NCBI RefSeq assembly: GCF_032191835.1
Contig: NC_083224.1
Location: 22,630,001 to 22,694,000, forward strand
Reading direction: 5' to 3'
Source of the DNA: Heteronotia binoei
Lineage: Eukaryota
DNA: 64,000 bases
Shown: one piece after another, positions 37,933 to 49,399 of the stretch
Layout: every line of letters starts with the position of its first letter
Numbering within the stretch: position 1 is the stretch's first letter
Made by a program: the position numbers and the translations under genes
Notes under the pieces: model-generated
What the model was told of the DNA's origin: nothing
Databases searched by the model: none
The model's input: the letters and a program-made list of their open reading frames with translations, nothing else

Positions 37933-39109
37933 GGCAGAAAGCCTTCTCTGACGTGGAAGGTCCTTGATACTGAGAAAAATTCCAGGATATGTTGGTAATG
38001 GGGACTTTCCAGCCAAAGATGACCCTTTTATTTTTGATTGGTTGAATTAGGTGGTCAGATACCTCAGAGAGGCATATAAAGAGAGGAGAGAAAGACCAGT
38101 AGAGTCGGAAGTTTAGGAAGGTCTTGACTCCTCCATCTCATCACCGAAGACAACTACCAGAAGACCCTAGGAGTGGTGAGATACAAAATACTGCTGTACT
38201 GCTATACCATGGGGAAGGTGTTGCTTTGCTGATATAATAGGCTAAACACTGTAGATATAGGGAACATTATAGATATGGAAGGTTGCAACCAGGTGAAATC
38301 TATAACCATGTATTCATTGTAATTTTTTCCATGAAAATCTTTGGATTGTAATTAACTTTGATTTTTAGAACTGTGTATTAGCAATACTAAAATAAATTGT
38401 CATGTATCTAAAGACTGAGTCTGATGTTCTCTTTCCTCTAAGGGTATTTTCCCAGAGTCTTGGACTAACGATACCCTCTCGTAAATTTCGGCTGTAAATA
38501 AATTTGGCCTATAAACCACAGAGGTTAACACTGGACTAGAATTTTGCTCTCTCCAAATGGTATACTTTCCTCTTACTACTTAATGCATTGCCTGCCTTCA
38601 GGTTTCCCCCCACCCCCGTCAGGTGACAAAGATTAAAAGTTCAGCAGTTGCCCATGTTTTCTCAAGTACTGGGTATGCTTGCAAATTTCCTTATAGAAAA
38701 CAGCAATATCTATACTTATAAATTCCATAAATATGCCAAATAGTACAATGTTATATTTTAACACAGTGTAAAATAATGCATTGATGTTTTTCAATCAGTA
38801 AAAGATGTTTATGTTAGATAGGAAGTTAAGTTGTTTTAAATAAAGTACTGCTTTTCATAGGCCACCTTTCCCTCTGAGATTCAAGGTGGATTATATGCTG
38901 TAAATCAATGCTGTCAATACATAAGGTACAAGAAATCTGAAACAAATCATAAGTATTAAATCTGACATAGTAAACATTACAGAAAATGGTACTTTGTAAG
39001 TAGTGCAGTGAGAGCAAGATGATTCACTCAGCAGTAGATTATATATCTCCACTGACCTTTTCCCTTTATTCAAATACTTCCCTGAGCCTTTCCTTTATAA
39101 TACAGCCCT

Positions 39110-39500
39110 GTCACCTGTGTAAGAATGGAAAAAGGGGGGGTTTGCTATCCTGAGAAACTCAGTTTTGCAGAGTTTGCAGAAAGCCAGGAGGGTGGAAGCC
39201 TTCCTGACCTCAGAGACGTCATTCCATAATGTGGGGGCCACAACCAAGGAGGTACGTGTACACCCAGTTGTTGATCTTGCCCAAGTGGAAAATACTTTCT
39301 TTTTCCATGTCTTTAGACTTTCAAGAAATTTTATACCTATACCTCCACGCCTGATTCTGCAGCTGGTCAGAATGATTCCTCTGACCGTAGCTGAACATCT
39401 GACCACCAACATCATCCTAAGGTACTTCATCTCTCCTCGGCCTGCCTCCAGGTGCCAGGAACAAGCTCCAAGGGCATCTTCTGAAGGAAGCAGTTGCCAT
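39110..39500 (-). mobile_element. Old L2 fragment
   Basis: Minus ORF ends VVAPTLWNDVSEVRKASTLLAFCKLCKTEFLRIA, the L2 C-terminal pattern. Confidence 0.7.
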
Positions 39501-39596
39501 ACTGAGCCCACAGACACCTAACCTGAGCCCACTTTCTTTTATCTTCTTGTATTGCATGTGGTGATCTCAGAGAGAACTCCATTTTTCTGGGTTATA

Positions 39597-39637
39597 CCTC
39601 TGAGGATGCCAGTCACAGTTGCTGGCGAAACGTCAGG
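39597..39637 (+). ncRNA. Minimal type I hammerhead ribozyme of a Penelope terminal repeat
   Basis: CCT CTGAGGA TGCCAG tcacagttg CTGGC GAAAC GTC AGG: CUGANGA and GAAA cores, stem II GCCAG/CTGGC, stem I CCT/AGG, GUC cleavage triplet ending at 39634. Confidence 0.75.
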
Positions 39638-39655
39638 TCTCACAATGCCAAGACC

Positions 39656-40549
39656 CAGGGGCGTAGCTAGGACTTTGGGGGCCTGGGGCCCAAGATTTAT
39701 GTGGGCCCCCCAGACCCCCCACAGGACACTTTGGGGCTTTCGGCCCCCCACAGCTACCTGGAAGAACCAGCGTGGGCTTCGCTTCCGAGCCAGGCGCCCC
39801 CTCGGGTCAGCCCTTCCCGCGGCGCGCACCTGCCTTCGCCGTCCCTCACCTGTTCCGAGGAGGTGCCGCCTGCGCCAGCGGAGGGCTCTTCGAGTGCTGC
39901 GCGCCTGGGCCGCCTACAGCTGCTGCGCCGAAGGCGCCATGGGGCACTCCCAAGTCAGCGGCTGCCTTCGCTCCGGCGCCCGAGACGCCTCGGCTTTGGT
40001 CGAACACGAGGAGAGGGGAAGGCGAGGCGCTTCGAGCGGGACGAGGGGCAAAAAGCACCAGCCGCTGCCTCCCGCCGCCTCAGAGACCCGCTCCTCCGTT
40101 GCCAGTCAGCGCCTGCTCAGCCGGGCCAATGGGGAGTGGAGGGGCCGGCTGCAGCCAATTTCAGAGTTCGCGAGCAGAAAGGCGGGCCCGCCGAGGAGCA
40201 AGGAATGCCGCCTGGGGCTCCCGCTTGCTTGGGAAACAGGTGCCCACCGCCCAAGGTCACGGAGCCAAGGGGAAATTTCCTGCCCCGCACCAGACACGCT
40301 CAGCTTGTCACACGCGCTCGTGCACACCCAGGAAGGGGGGACTTGGGGACTCCCTGCTGCAACACGCCCTCAGCCTGCGCACGAAGAAACTCTGTGAGAG
40401 TTAGCAGCTTTCTGCAGGGAGAGAAGGGGAGGCAGGCGCTGGTTTTGTACATCCCAGGCAGCCGGCTTCTGAGGGGCCCCTTGGCATTGCCAAGGGGCCC
40501 CCCAGACCTGGGGCGACCCGCCCCCCCGCCCTCCCTCCCTACGCCACTG
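39656..40549. mobile_element. hAT-type element with CpG-island cargo (Pack-like element A, 894 bp)
   Basis: TIRs CAGGGGCGTAG / CTACGCCACTG. Exact 8-bp TSD CCAAGACC (39648-55, 40550-57). Confidence 0.85.
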
Positions 40550-40919
40550 CCAAGACCATGGCCACACAGCCTGGAAAATCTACAACAACCGGAAACTGTC
40601 ATTGGGCAAAAGGACTTCAGCATTACCTGCATCCATGTTTATGGTTTCTTCTGGTCTTCTTGGGTCTGGTGTTTTTGGAAAATTGTTCTTTCAGGCTATA
40701 GCCTCTCTATACCTATGGACTCCTAGATAAAGTGTCTATGTTTTGGAGTTGGAATTCCTTGTTGTTATAACTTACCTGTGTTGGTTGTTTAGACTCTGTA
40801 ATGTATAACTATACAGTGCCTTGATTCATTAATATATAAGTAACTCGTGAATTTATATGTTCCTAGTATTTGTACTTGTTCAGCTTAGTTCATTCACTGG
40901 GGGAGCTCTTGTTTGCTTT

Positions 40920-41290
40920 TTCTGGCCACATACACCCAGACAACACTGTACCTAACAGCAATAATTACACCATCTCAGGCTCATTCACTTGCTCAGCTTC
41001 CAGCATTCTATATGCTATTAAATGCCAACAATGCCCTTCAGTTCTCTACATAGGGCAAACAGGACAAACCCTGAGAAACCAGAAGAACACTTCAGCCTTC
41101 CAGGACATTCAACGGGTGACCTCAGAGTAGTTGTTTTACTGCCAAGGAATTTAAAGAACAGAATGGAAAGGGAAATTGCAGAATTACAAGTTATAATGAA
41201 ACTTGGAGCAAACACCTCCCTGGGACTGACCAGGGATATAATGGTTTCTTATCTCATTACATAGGCTAAACCCACTCTCACCAAGTAGAG
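40920..41290 (+). mobile_element. Penelope-like element, GIY-YIG endonuclease fragment
   Basis: TISGSFTCSASSILYAIKCQQCPSVLYIGQTGQTLR and EHFSLPGHS..DLRVVVL...NRMEREIAE match the PLE GIY-YIG C-terminal domain. Confidence 0.9.
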
Positions 41291-41713
41291 CTACATCCAC
41301 TGTATTGCAATGTTTTTCTTTCAAAAGAGTGTATCAGAATAATGTCTTTTTTGTTCTGACATACTGGAATAAGGGATGTTGGTTATCTCATGACATATGC
41401 TAAACCCATCTCCTAATATATTATTTTTTGTATTGGCAAACTGGAATGATGTTTATAATACTATGCTACATGTTAAATTAGGTGGACAGAAACACCCCTA
41501 AGAAAAAGATGTTCTTAGTTTAACCCCTGCTTGAGGAGAAATAAAACAGTTAACAGACTCTACATTTATTACCTTGTGATGATGGACTGATCATTCTCCA
41601 ACTGTGACAAGTTTTTTGCCTTTGTTGTTTCCCCACATAACTGATGTTACCCAGACCAAACTTATGATTTTAAAAAAATTGTTAATTTCACTATTTTGCC
41701 ATTGAATTCTAAC

Positions 41714-42223
41714 TAGGGTTGCCAAGTCCAATTCAAGAAATATCTGGGGATTTTGGGGGTGGAGCCAGGAGACTTTGGGGGTGGAGCCAAGATCAAGGCT
41801 GTGATGAGCATAATTGAACTCCAAAGGGAGTTCTGGCCATCACATTTAAAGGGACAGCACACCTTTTCAATGCCTTTCTTCCATAGGAAATAAAGAAGGA
41901 TAAGGGCACCTTCTTTTGGGGCTCACAGAATTGCACCCCCTGGTCCAATCTTTTTGAAACTTGGTGGGTACTTGGGGGACAGGCACTAGATGCTATATTG
42001 AAAATTTGGTGCCTCTGCCCCAAAAAACAGCCCTCCCCAGAGCCCCAGATACCCGCGGATCAATTCTCCACGATTTTCTATGGGAATAGATCTCTATAGG
42101 GAATAATAGAGTTCCCAAGCAGACATTTCTCTCCCCTCCCCCCGCTTTCTGATGACCCTGAAGCGGGGGGGGGGCCTCCAAACCGGGGGATCCCCTGCCC
42201 CCACCTGGGGATTGGCAACCCTA
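41714..42223. mobile_element. Non-autonomous hAT element (TAGGGTTGCCA termini)
   Basis: TAGGGTTGCCAA...TTGGCAACCCTA with exact 8-bp TSD ATTCTAAC (41706-13, 42224-31). Absent from paralogous block at ~16670. Confidence 0.92.
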
Positions 42224-42699
42224 ATTCTAACTTTGTATTATTTTTGCATACTTGACCACTGCCCACCAACTATATGTAGCAATACTCATTGTACCTTATT
42301 TCATCATCTGTTGAAGTGTGCATGCACACGAAAGCTTCCATTCCGAATAAAACTTTCTTGGCCTTAAAGGTGGAATGCAACTTTGTTCTAAGTGGGGACT
42401 TGATGGAGGTTTATCAAATTATGCATGAGGTGCAGATAGTGGGAAAAGAGAACTTTTTCTCCCTCTCCCGAATTACTAGAACTCAAGGGCATCCCACTGC
42501 AAATAGTTAAACCGGACTTCCTTCCGGGGTCAGAATGCTGGACCAGATGAACCCACCGTGGCCTAACCCAGGAGGGCCGATTCTCTGGTGGAACAATGGA
42601 TTGCATGGATTCCCCAGTCCAGGTCTAGCTCCCTCCTCCCATGGAGTTTCCCAGCCGTTACTTCGTGGAGGAGAAAGGATCGAGGCTAGGCGAGGAAGG

Positions 42700-43300
42700 G
42701 ACTGGGGGGAGCCCCTTGTTCAGCCTCTGCCTGAGACTTGGGGCTGATCCAGGCTGGGGTCCTCCCCTCCCCCCCCCCCCGTGCGGGGTGACTCCCGAGC
42801 AGCCCCACTGAGCTGCATTGTAGGGCGTCGCTGACCGCAGCCGGGCTGAATGAAGCCCAGTCCCGCGGTGTGTGTGTTTGCGGGGGGGGAGTTGTCTTTC
42901 CGGGGAGGGCAGGGAGCTTTTCTCGAGGCTTTTTCTGCAGCCGTGAAAGGGTTAAAAGAGGCGAGCTTTTTGCTAGAGAGGCCGACAAAGGAAGGGGGCG
43001 GGAGGGGAAAGAGGACGGAGGAGGGACTCCAGACACAGAAGAGCCCGGGAAGATCCCCTCCGCAGTCGGTCCTTGCGGTCTCCGCAGAGAGGGATTCAGA
43101 TGCCGCCACGTGTTCAGGGGAGGGGCCCTTTTAAATCCTTTCCAAAGGTGAAGTTCTGTCGGGATTTCCCTTTGTCTGCGCAGGTGGGAGGAAGATGGCT
43201 GGAGGTGCCTGCCGGGGGAGGGGTCTGCAGGGCTTGCAGGGGGGGGAGGCCAGCAGCATCCTGCCCTGCTGGAGGGTGGATGGAGTTTATCCGAGATGGA
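42700..43300 (+). promoter_or_regulatory. CpG-island, putative ancestral promoter of gene 3
   Basis: Paralogous to 17250-17880 as part of the duplicated block 14600-17880 / 40590-43310. Confidence 0.55.
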
Positions 43301-44054
43301 TTGCTAATAGTTTTATATTTTGTGTGCAAGCACCAGTGGCGTAGCTAGGGCTTTGGGGGCCCGGGGCCCAAGATTTATGTGGGCCCCCCATGTGTGTGCA
43401 CGCCTCCAGAAACAGGATATGATGTCACTTCCGGTGATGTCACTTCCGCAAGATGGCCACCACAGAGCACAGAGAATGCAAACTGAAACTGGCGCCCTCT
43501 GACGTTGCAGACCGCTCCTGCACACCACAGTGGCAAGCGAGCCAATGATCAGCAGGGGGCGGAGCCAGGGAGGCAGCTGAAGCCTGGTTTCGGCTAGGGG
43601 CAGGATGCCAGCAGGGCTCTTGCAGCAGGCACAAGTGACTTGGTGGCAGCAGCTGCCAGAGTCTCCAGTGGCGCAAAAAGCCACAAGGCTGACAGGTCTA
43701 ATGGTGCCTCTTGCAGCAGCCGAAAGATGCCTTTGGGTTTGGGCACCACACTGCACGCTCCTTCCTCTCCGCCCATGCAGTGTTAACAGTTCCTCATTGG
43801 GAAGGACCTGTAGAGAGATTTCTATGGCCATGGCAGGGGTGGCTTAACTGCGGCTCAGGAGACACGTGTCTCATTCACACATATTGTGTGGCTCTCAAAG
43901 CCCCCACTGACCTATTGGCTGGCTTGGAGAAGGCATTTGTCTCTTTAAATCACATCTCCAAGCCAAGCCAGCAGGCAGCTTGGACTTGGGAGAATTCATC
44001 CAAAGTGAAAGTTGCTTTCTTTCCACTTCTCCCTCCCTCTCTCCATCGATTTGC

Positions 44055-44140
44055 CTTCCTTCCTTCCTTCCTTCCTTCCTTCCTTCCTTCCTTCCTTCCT
44101 TCCTTCCTTCCTTCCTTCCTTCCTTCCTTCCTTCCTTCCG
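44055..44140 (+). repeat. (CCTT)n microsatellite within a hAT-Charlie-like MITE (~43835-44243)
   Basis: Direct repeat visible. MITE ends GTTTGGCCACTCCTG. Confidence 0.85.
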
Positions 44141-44829
44141 TCCGTCTTGTGGCTCCTCAAACATCTGATGTTCATGTCTTGTGGCTCTCAGACATCTGTT
44201 TATTCTGTGTGGCTCTTACATGAAGTAAGTTTGGCCACTCCTGGTATATGATCCCCTATATTGAAATATTGCTGTCTCTCTGTTGTTTGGTTTGGTCTCT
44301 TGAAAAAAACCTGTAATAATAATATTTATGCCTTCATTAAAATATCAATTTAAAAATATGATGCCATGGAGCACCAAGCAGCCATTTCATTCCTCCCAAG
44401 GGATGGAGATCAGCAGCAATTCAGGGACATCTCCAGGGGTCATACACGCTTGGAAGGATTTGTGTGCACTTGTAGGAGCTCCTGGATACTTTTCTGGTGT
44501 GGACATTGTGGAAGAACTTCAGACTCCCCTCTGAGAAAGGGATGTGAAACGTCGGAGGTCGACCTTGCGGAGTCTTCTGGAAATGGGCTTTCAAATGAGA
44601 ATCCGATCATTTTCTAGACGAGCACTTTTGCACCAAGCCCTTTATTTATTGTTGGAATCAATTTTCCTCTGAGGATTTGTGCGCTGCTAGAATTGCTGCC
44701 AAGAGTTAACCCACCCTGTGAAACATTGTACTAATGAGGGGTGTTGATATCACTGTGTGTTGGTATTATTTTGGTATTATTGTGTTGGTAAATCTTGGTA
44801 TTATTGGTATGGGATGTTTTTTGTTATTA

Positions 44830-44953
44830 CAGGGGTGGCCCACGGCAGCTCTCCAGATGTTTTTTTTTGCCTACCACTCCCATCAGCCCCAGCCAGCATG
44901 CTGGTAGTGGTAGGCAAAAAAAACATCTGGAGAGCTGCCGTGGGCCACCTCTG
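44830..44953. mobile_element. Short palindromic hAT-type MITE
   Basis: CAGGGGTGGCCCACGGCAGCTCTCCAGATGTTTTTTTTGCCTAC...GTAGGCAAAAAAAACATCTGGAGAGCTGCCGTGGGCCACCTCTG. No TSD recognisable. Confidence 0.75.
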
Positions 44954-45579
44954 CAATTAGATTCCTGTGTGTGTCTTTTGGGTTGCCACGTGGAAGTGCA
45001 GTGAAGCCCCCTTGGCGACGGGGCTGCTGCGGGGGTCCTGCCCCACGGCCCCTCAGATCTCGGGGACGCGCGTGTGGGGCAGCAGGGAGATATGTTGCCA
45101 GATAAAATAAAACAGCAGACCTGTGGCACCTCAAAGACTAACAAAATTAATTCCAGCATGCATAAGTCTGAGGTTTCATCAGAGGCATATGTGAGTTCTG
45201 ACTCATGCAAGTTTATGCTGGAATAAAAGGTGTTAATCTTTAAGTAGTCAATAGACTCCTGTTTTTTGCTGCTGCAGACAAACACAGGTATCCATCTGGA
45301 ATTCTAGGCTATCGGATTAAGTCATGGTGGAAGTGGAGTTCCCAGCATTCATTTATTTATATTTTATTTAGTACATTTAATCTCATCCTTCCTCCAAGGA
45401 GTTTAGGGTGGCATACATTGTTCTCCCCTCCTCCATGTTGTCCTCACAACAAACCCTATGAGGTAAATTAGGTGGAGTGAGTCGTGACTGACCCAAGGTC
45501 AACAAGCAAACATCATGGCAGAGGATCTGAACCAAGATCTTGGAGATTCGTGTTTGACAGTCTAAATGACCCTCCTCCT

Positions 45580-46800
45580 TTCCCCGTCTTCCGCAGCCAG
45601 TCAGTCACAGAGGACAGAGAGCCCGATCCCACTACAGCTGCTTACTCAAAAGTCGGCTAGTCCGCTTTCGGTGTTTCCAACCCCCTTACCGGAAAGCGCA
45701 TCGGATTCATAGCAGCTTTAAAGAAGCCGCGTTGACACCCTTGTATAAATCCCGCTTCGGTCGCTTCTAAGAAGGCGTGCGCAAAACGGCAATACTAACG
45801 CCCTATGCATTTTATCGGGAGTAACTTTCACTGATTTCAACTGGATTTACTCCTCAGTGGGCCTCTCAGGATTGCAGCAGCCGCCTTACAGCCCGATCCT
45901 TATGCTCATCATAGGCATAATTAGCCTGTCCTTCAGCACTGTTGATCCCGATCCCAGGATCAGGCTGCGCAAGGGTCTTGTAAAGCGGCTCCACGCGCAT
46001 CTTTCTCCCCCAGCTCCCGGCAGCAATCCTGGGCGCACTTGGGAACCCCTCTTGTTTCCGAAGTTTCAGGAAACTGACTTGGTCTAAAGACCCCCCCCCC
46101 CTTAAAAAAAAAAAAAGGCGTGAAGGTTTTGTTTTTTAATAAAAGCATCAAGACCAACCGAAACAAGACAAAACCAGCGTGCAAACTTTCGACTTCTCCA
46201 GAAATCTTCAGCAAGCTGGATGTTGTTTTTGGGGGGGGGGAGGGAGGGGAGAAAAACTGGTATAGCAAGCCACGATTGTTAACGCTTGCAGACGCCAGAC
46301 GCGGCGCCGGTCAGCCTTGCTAGACAATGCTGGGTCGGGTCTTCTTCCAGAGGAGGCGCGTCCCGCCCGACCCCGGCCAGTCAGTCAGTCAGCCAGTCAG
46401 ACCGGCGGTTGGCGGTTGCCGTCCACTCCCCTCTCCCCGCCGCGGGAGAAGCCCGAGAAGGAGGCTGGTGCGCACACACGCCTTCTGAGGCGAGGGAGCG
46501 AGAGAGGAGAAAAAGCGACCCGCCTTTCCCGCGCTTTGCTTTCAACTCGATTGTGTGAGAGAGTGAGGGGGGGAAAAAGGGGGGGAAGGGAAGGGAACGA
46601 GGAGCCCCGTGCGTGCGCGCGCCCCTCCCCACCCCCCTTCTTCCGCCGTGCGCGCGCGCTCCCCCTCGCTGTCGGGCGCCGCGGGCGCCTCCATTCTTTT
46701 TCTCCCCCCCCTTTCAGCGCAGCAACGTCACGGCCATTGTTTGGGGGGCCCCCTTGCCAACGCGGGGACCCCCAGGCCTGGGGCGGACCGCCCTCCCCGC
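45580..46800. promoter_or_regulatory. CpG island carried inside element B
   Basis: High CpG density (CGCGCG runs, GC boxes), 5'-UTR-like composition. No counterpart upstream of gene 2. Confidence 0.6.
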
Positions 46801-46880
46801 CCCCCCCCTCCCTACGCGTCTGGCAAGCACACTTCTTCAGAATAGTCCAGGTCTTTGCATTGTGTAAGAAAGGAAATATA

Positions 46881-47169
46881 AGAGCCCCGTGGTGCAGAGT
46901 GGTAAAGCTGCAGTAGTGAAGTCGGAGCCCTCTGCTCACGACTTAAGTTCAATCCCAGCAAAAGCTGGTTCAGGTAGCCAGCTCCAGGTTGAGTCAGCCT
47001 TCCATCCTTCCAAGGTTGGTAAAATGAGTACCCAGCTTGCTGGGGGGAAAGTGTAGATGACTGGGGAAGGCAATGGCAAACCACCCCGTAAAAAGTTTGC
47101 CTTGAAAACAATGTTACCCCAGAGTTGAAAACGACTGGTGCTTGTGCAGGGGATTACCGTTACCTTTTA
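46881..47169 (+). mobile_element. Sauria-type SINE, full length
   Basis: Exact 15-bp TSD AAGAAAGGAAATATA (46866-80, 47170-84). Confidence 0.92.
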
Positions 47170-47921
47170 AAGAAAGGAAATATAGGTCTACACTTGTGCA
47201 AATTTCTTTGTAAGACTGATGGAGCTCCATTCCATGCGACTTAATATAGTGCCTTCCATGAAAATAGATTCACGTGGGTAGCCATGATTGCACATGAAAG
47301 CTTATTCCTTGAATAAACTTTTTTTGGTCTTAAAGGTGCCACTGGACTCAAACATTGTTCTGCCACTTCAGGCCAACATGACTGTCCACCTGAATCTACA
47401 TTATAGTCCACCACCTAATGGTTAAGCCCTTACTGATGCCTTTGTCCTGGGTTCCAGTTTACCTTCAGATGTATCCACTAGAGAGACCAATCCCCAGAAA
47501 CTGGAAGCCAAGCTCATAACATCCACAACATATTTTAAAAGGAGAAGAGGCAGGCACAGCAGGTGAGGGGCTTTCAGTCACTCCATTCAAGCTATGACCT
47601 TATCCTAAGGCTTCCTGCCAGTTATTGTGAACTGCCATCAATTGGTGTATTTGTTGCTTGAAAGGATCAAACAAGCATATCTTTAAAAACTTGATATGTA
47701 ATATAGCACAGGGACATTAATCCTGATCTACAAACTAAACAAGGATGCTTTTTCTGATCCACCAGGGTAATCCTTAGGTGTCTCTTCACCGTGATCAATA
47801 TAACTCCGTTCTCTTTTTCTTCCTGCCTTTCTGATGTCTTCCCCTCTCCCTCTTCACAGCCAAGTGAATAAGAGTGTCTTTGAAAGAGTGTCAGAGACAA
47901 CCCAAGAGGAAGGGGAAAGAG

Positions 47922-48353
47922 ATGGAAGAGAAGGACCCCAAAGACCCTGGAACTGGCCTTCAAAAAAAGATATCAAAAAAAGGTCGCCATCCCATCCAAG
48001 CAGCGAGTGGTGCTGAATTCCAGGAAAGAGCTGTGCCAGAGATCTTGGTTCAGGACACTGTGACCACAGATGTACGCAGCCGATGCTTCCGGCAGTTCTG
48101 TTACCAGGAGGCTGATGGACCCCGAGAGGTTTGCAGCCGGCTCCATGAACTTTGTAAGGACTGGCTGGAGCCAGAGAGGCGCACCAAGAAGGAGATTGTG
48201 GACCTGGTGATCCTGGAGCAGTTCCTGGCCATCCTGCCGCAGGAAGTGCAGGGCTGGGTGAGAGGATGCGGGCCAGAGACCAGTTCCCAGGCAGTGGCCC
48301 TGGCTGAAGGTTTCCTCCTGAATCAGGCAGAGGAGAAGAGGCAGGCACAGCAG
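47922..48353 (+). CDS. Gene 3 SCAN-domain exon (144 codons)
   Basis: Acceptor TTCACAG at 47859, ATG at 47922 ([10 protein letters not shown]), intact SCAN ([30 protein letters not shown]...LEQFLAILP), CAG|GTGAGG donor. Confidence 0.95.
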
Positions 48354-49399
48354 GTGAGGGGCTTTCAGTCACTCCACTCAAGCTATGACCTTATCCTAAG
48401 GCTTCCTGCCAGTTATTCCGCTGTGTGTGTGAACTGCCATCAAGTCACTTCAGCCTTATGGCAACCTTACAAATGTCCTCTCCTTAATAGCCTTGCTCAC
48501 ATCTTGCAGACCGAAGGCCCTTGTGGCTTACTTGATTGAGTCAGTGCTTCACGTGTTTGCTTTTCTCTTTTCCTGCTACCTTCAACTTCTCTTAGCATTA
48601 TTGTCTTTTCCAATGACTCCCGTCTTCTCATAATGTCACTAAAATACGATAGCCTCAGTCGAGTCGAGCTTCCAGGGAGAGGTAAGGCTTGATTTGATCT
48701 AAAATCCACTTATTTGTCTTTTTTGTGGCCTGTGGTATCTGTAGAAACACTCTCCTCCAACACCACAAAGAATCAACTTTCTTCCTCCCAGCTTTATTCC
48801 TTGTTCTGCTTTCACGCCCACACATAGTAATGGGGGAGTACTGTGGCACAAATTAACATGAGCTTGGTCACCAGTGACACATCCTTAAGAATCTTTTCCA
48901 GCTCCTTCCTGGCTGCCCTTCCCAGTCTCAGTCTCCTGATTTCTTGTTTGCAGTTTCCCTTTTGGTTGATGAAGTTAGAGTCCAGGGGCACCTTTAAGAC
49001 CAAGAAAGTTTTTTTTCAACGTATGACTTTTCCTGTGGAAGCATACTTATTCAGATACAATAAAATGGAAGGTAACCATTCAATCTTATAAACAGGACTG
49101 AAAAGTAAATTCGCATATAACATGATGAAGACATTTTGAGACAAAACAGGAACAACAAGCCAAGTCCACAGGGTCAACAGCTTTATGGATCCAGTTAAGG
49201 GGCAGCAATAGTGAAAGCAATAAATATGTCCAAATAGAAAATAAGGGTGTAAGAGACTCTTTTCTAATTGTGGTGAAATTAACCGAGATTCCTTTACAAC
49301 ACCCCATTCATCTTCCCGCAAGTGTGAAGGTAGTATACAGCATTTTTTCCTTTTTAGCTGGGGTGAGGTGCAGTATATTTCAAATTTCAATGGATTGAT

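Larger units (their letters stand above)
43334..46822. mobile_element. hAT-type element with large host-like cargo (Pack-like element B, 3489 bp)
   Basis: CAGTGGCGTAG...CTACGCGTCTG ends. Exact 8-bp TSD GCAAGCAC (43326-33, 46823-30). Empty site TGTGT-GCAAGTAC-ACTTCTTCAGAATAGTCCAGG in the gene 2 paralog (~19220-19250). Terminal ~60 bp nearly identical to element A. Confidence 0.85.

Noticed and set aside
39552-40726. Long overlapping ORFs of 210-341 aa (also 17564-18099, 37431-37998, 46286-46939)
   Set aside because: Stop-poor GC-rich DNA is open in several frames and on both strands, the ORFs run across TE boundaries, and no domain is recognisable.
43895-44251. ORFs with RKEG/LPSF repeats (also 12458-12764)
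   Set aside because: These are translations of (GGAA)n/(CCTT)n microsatellites.
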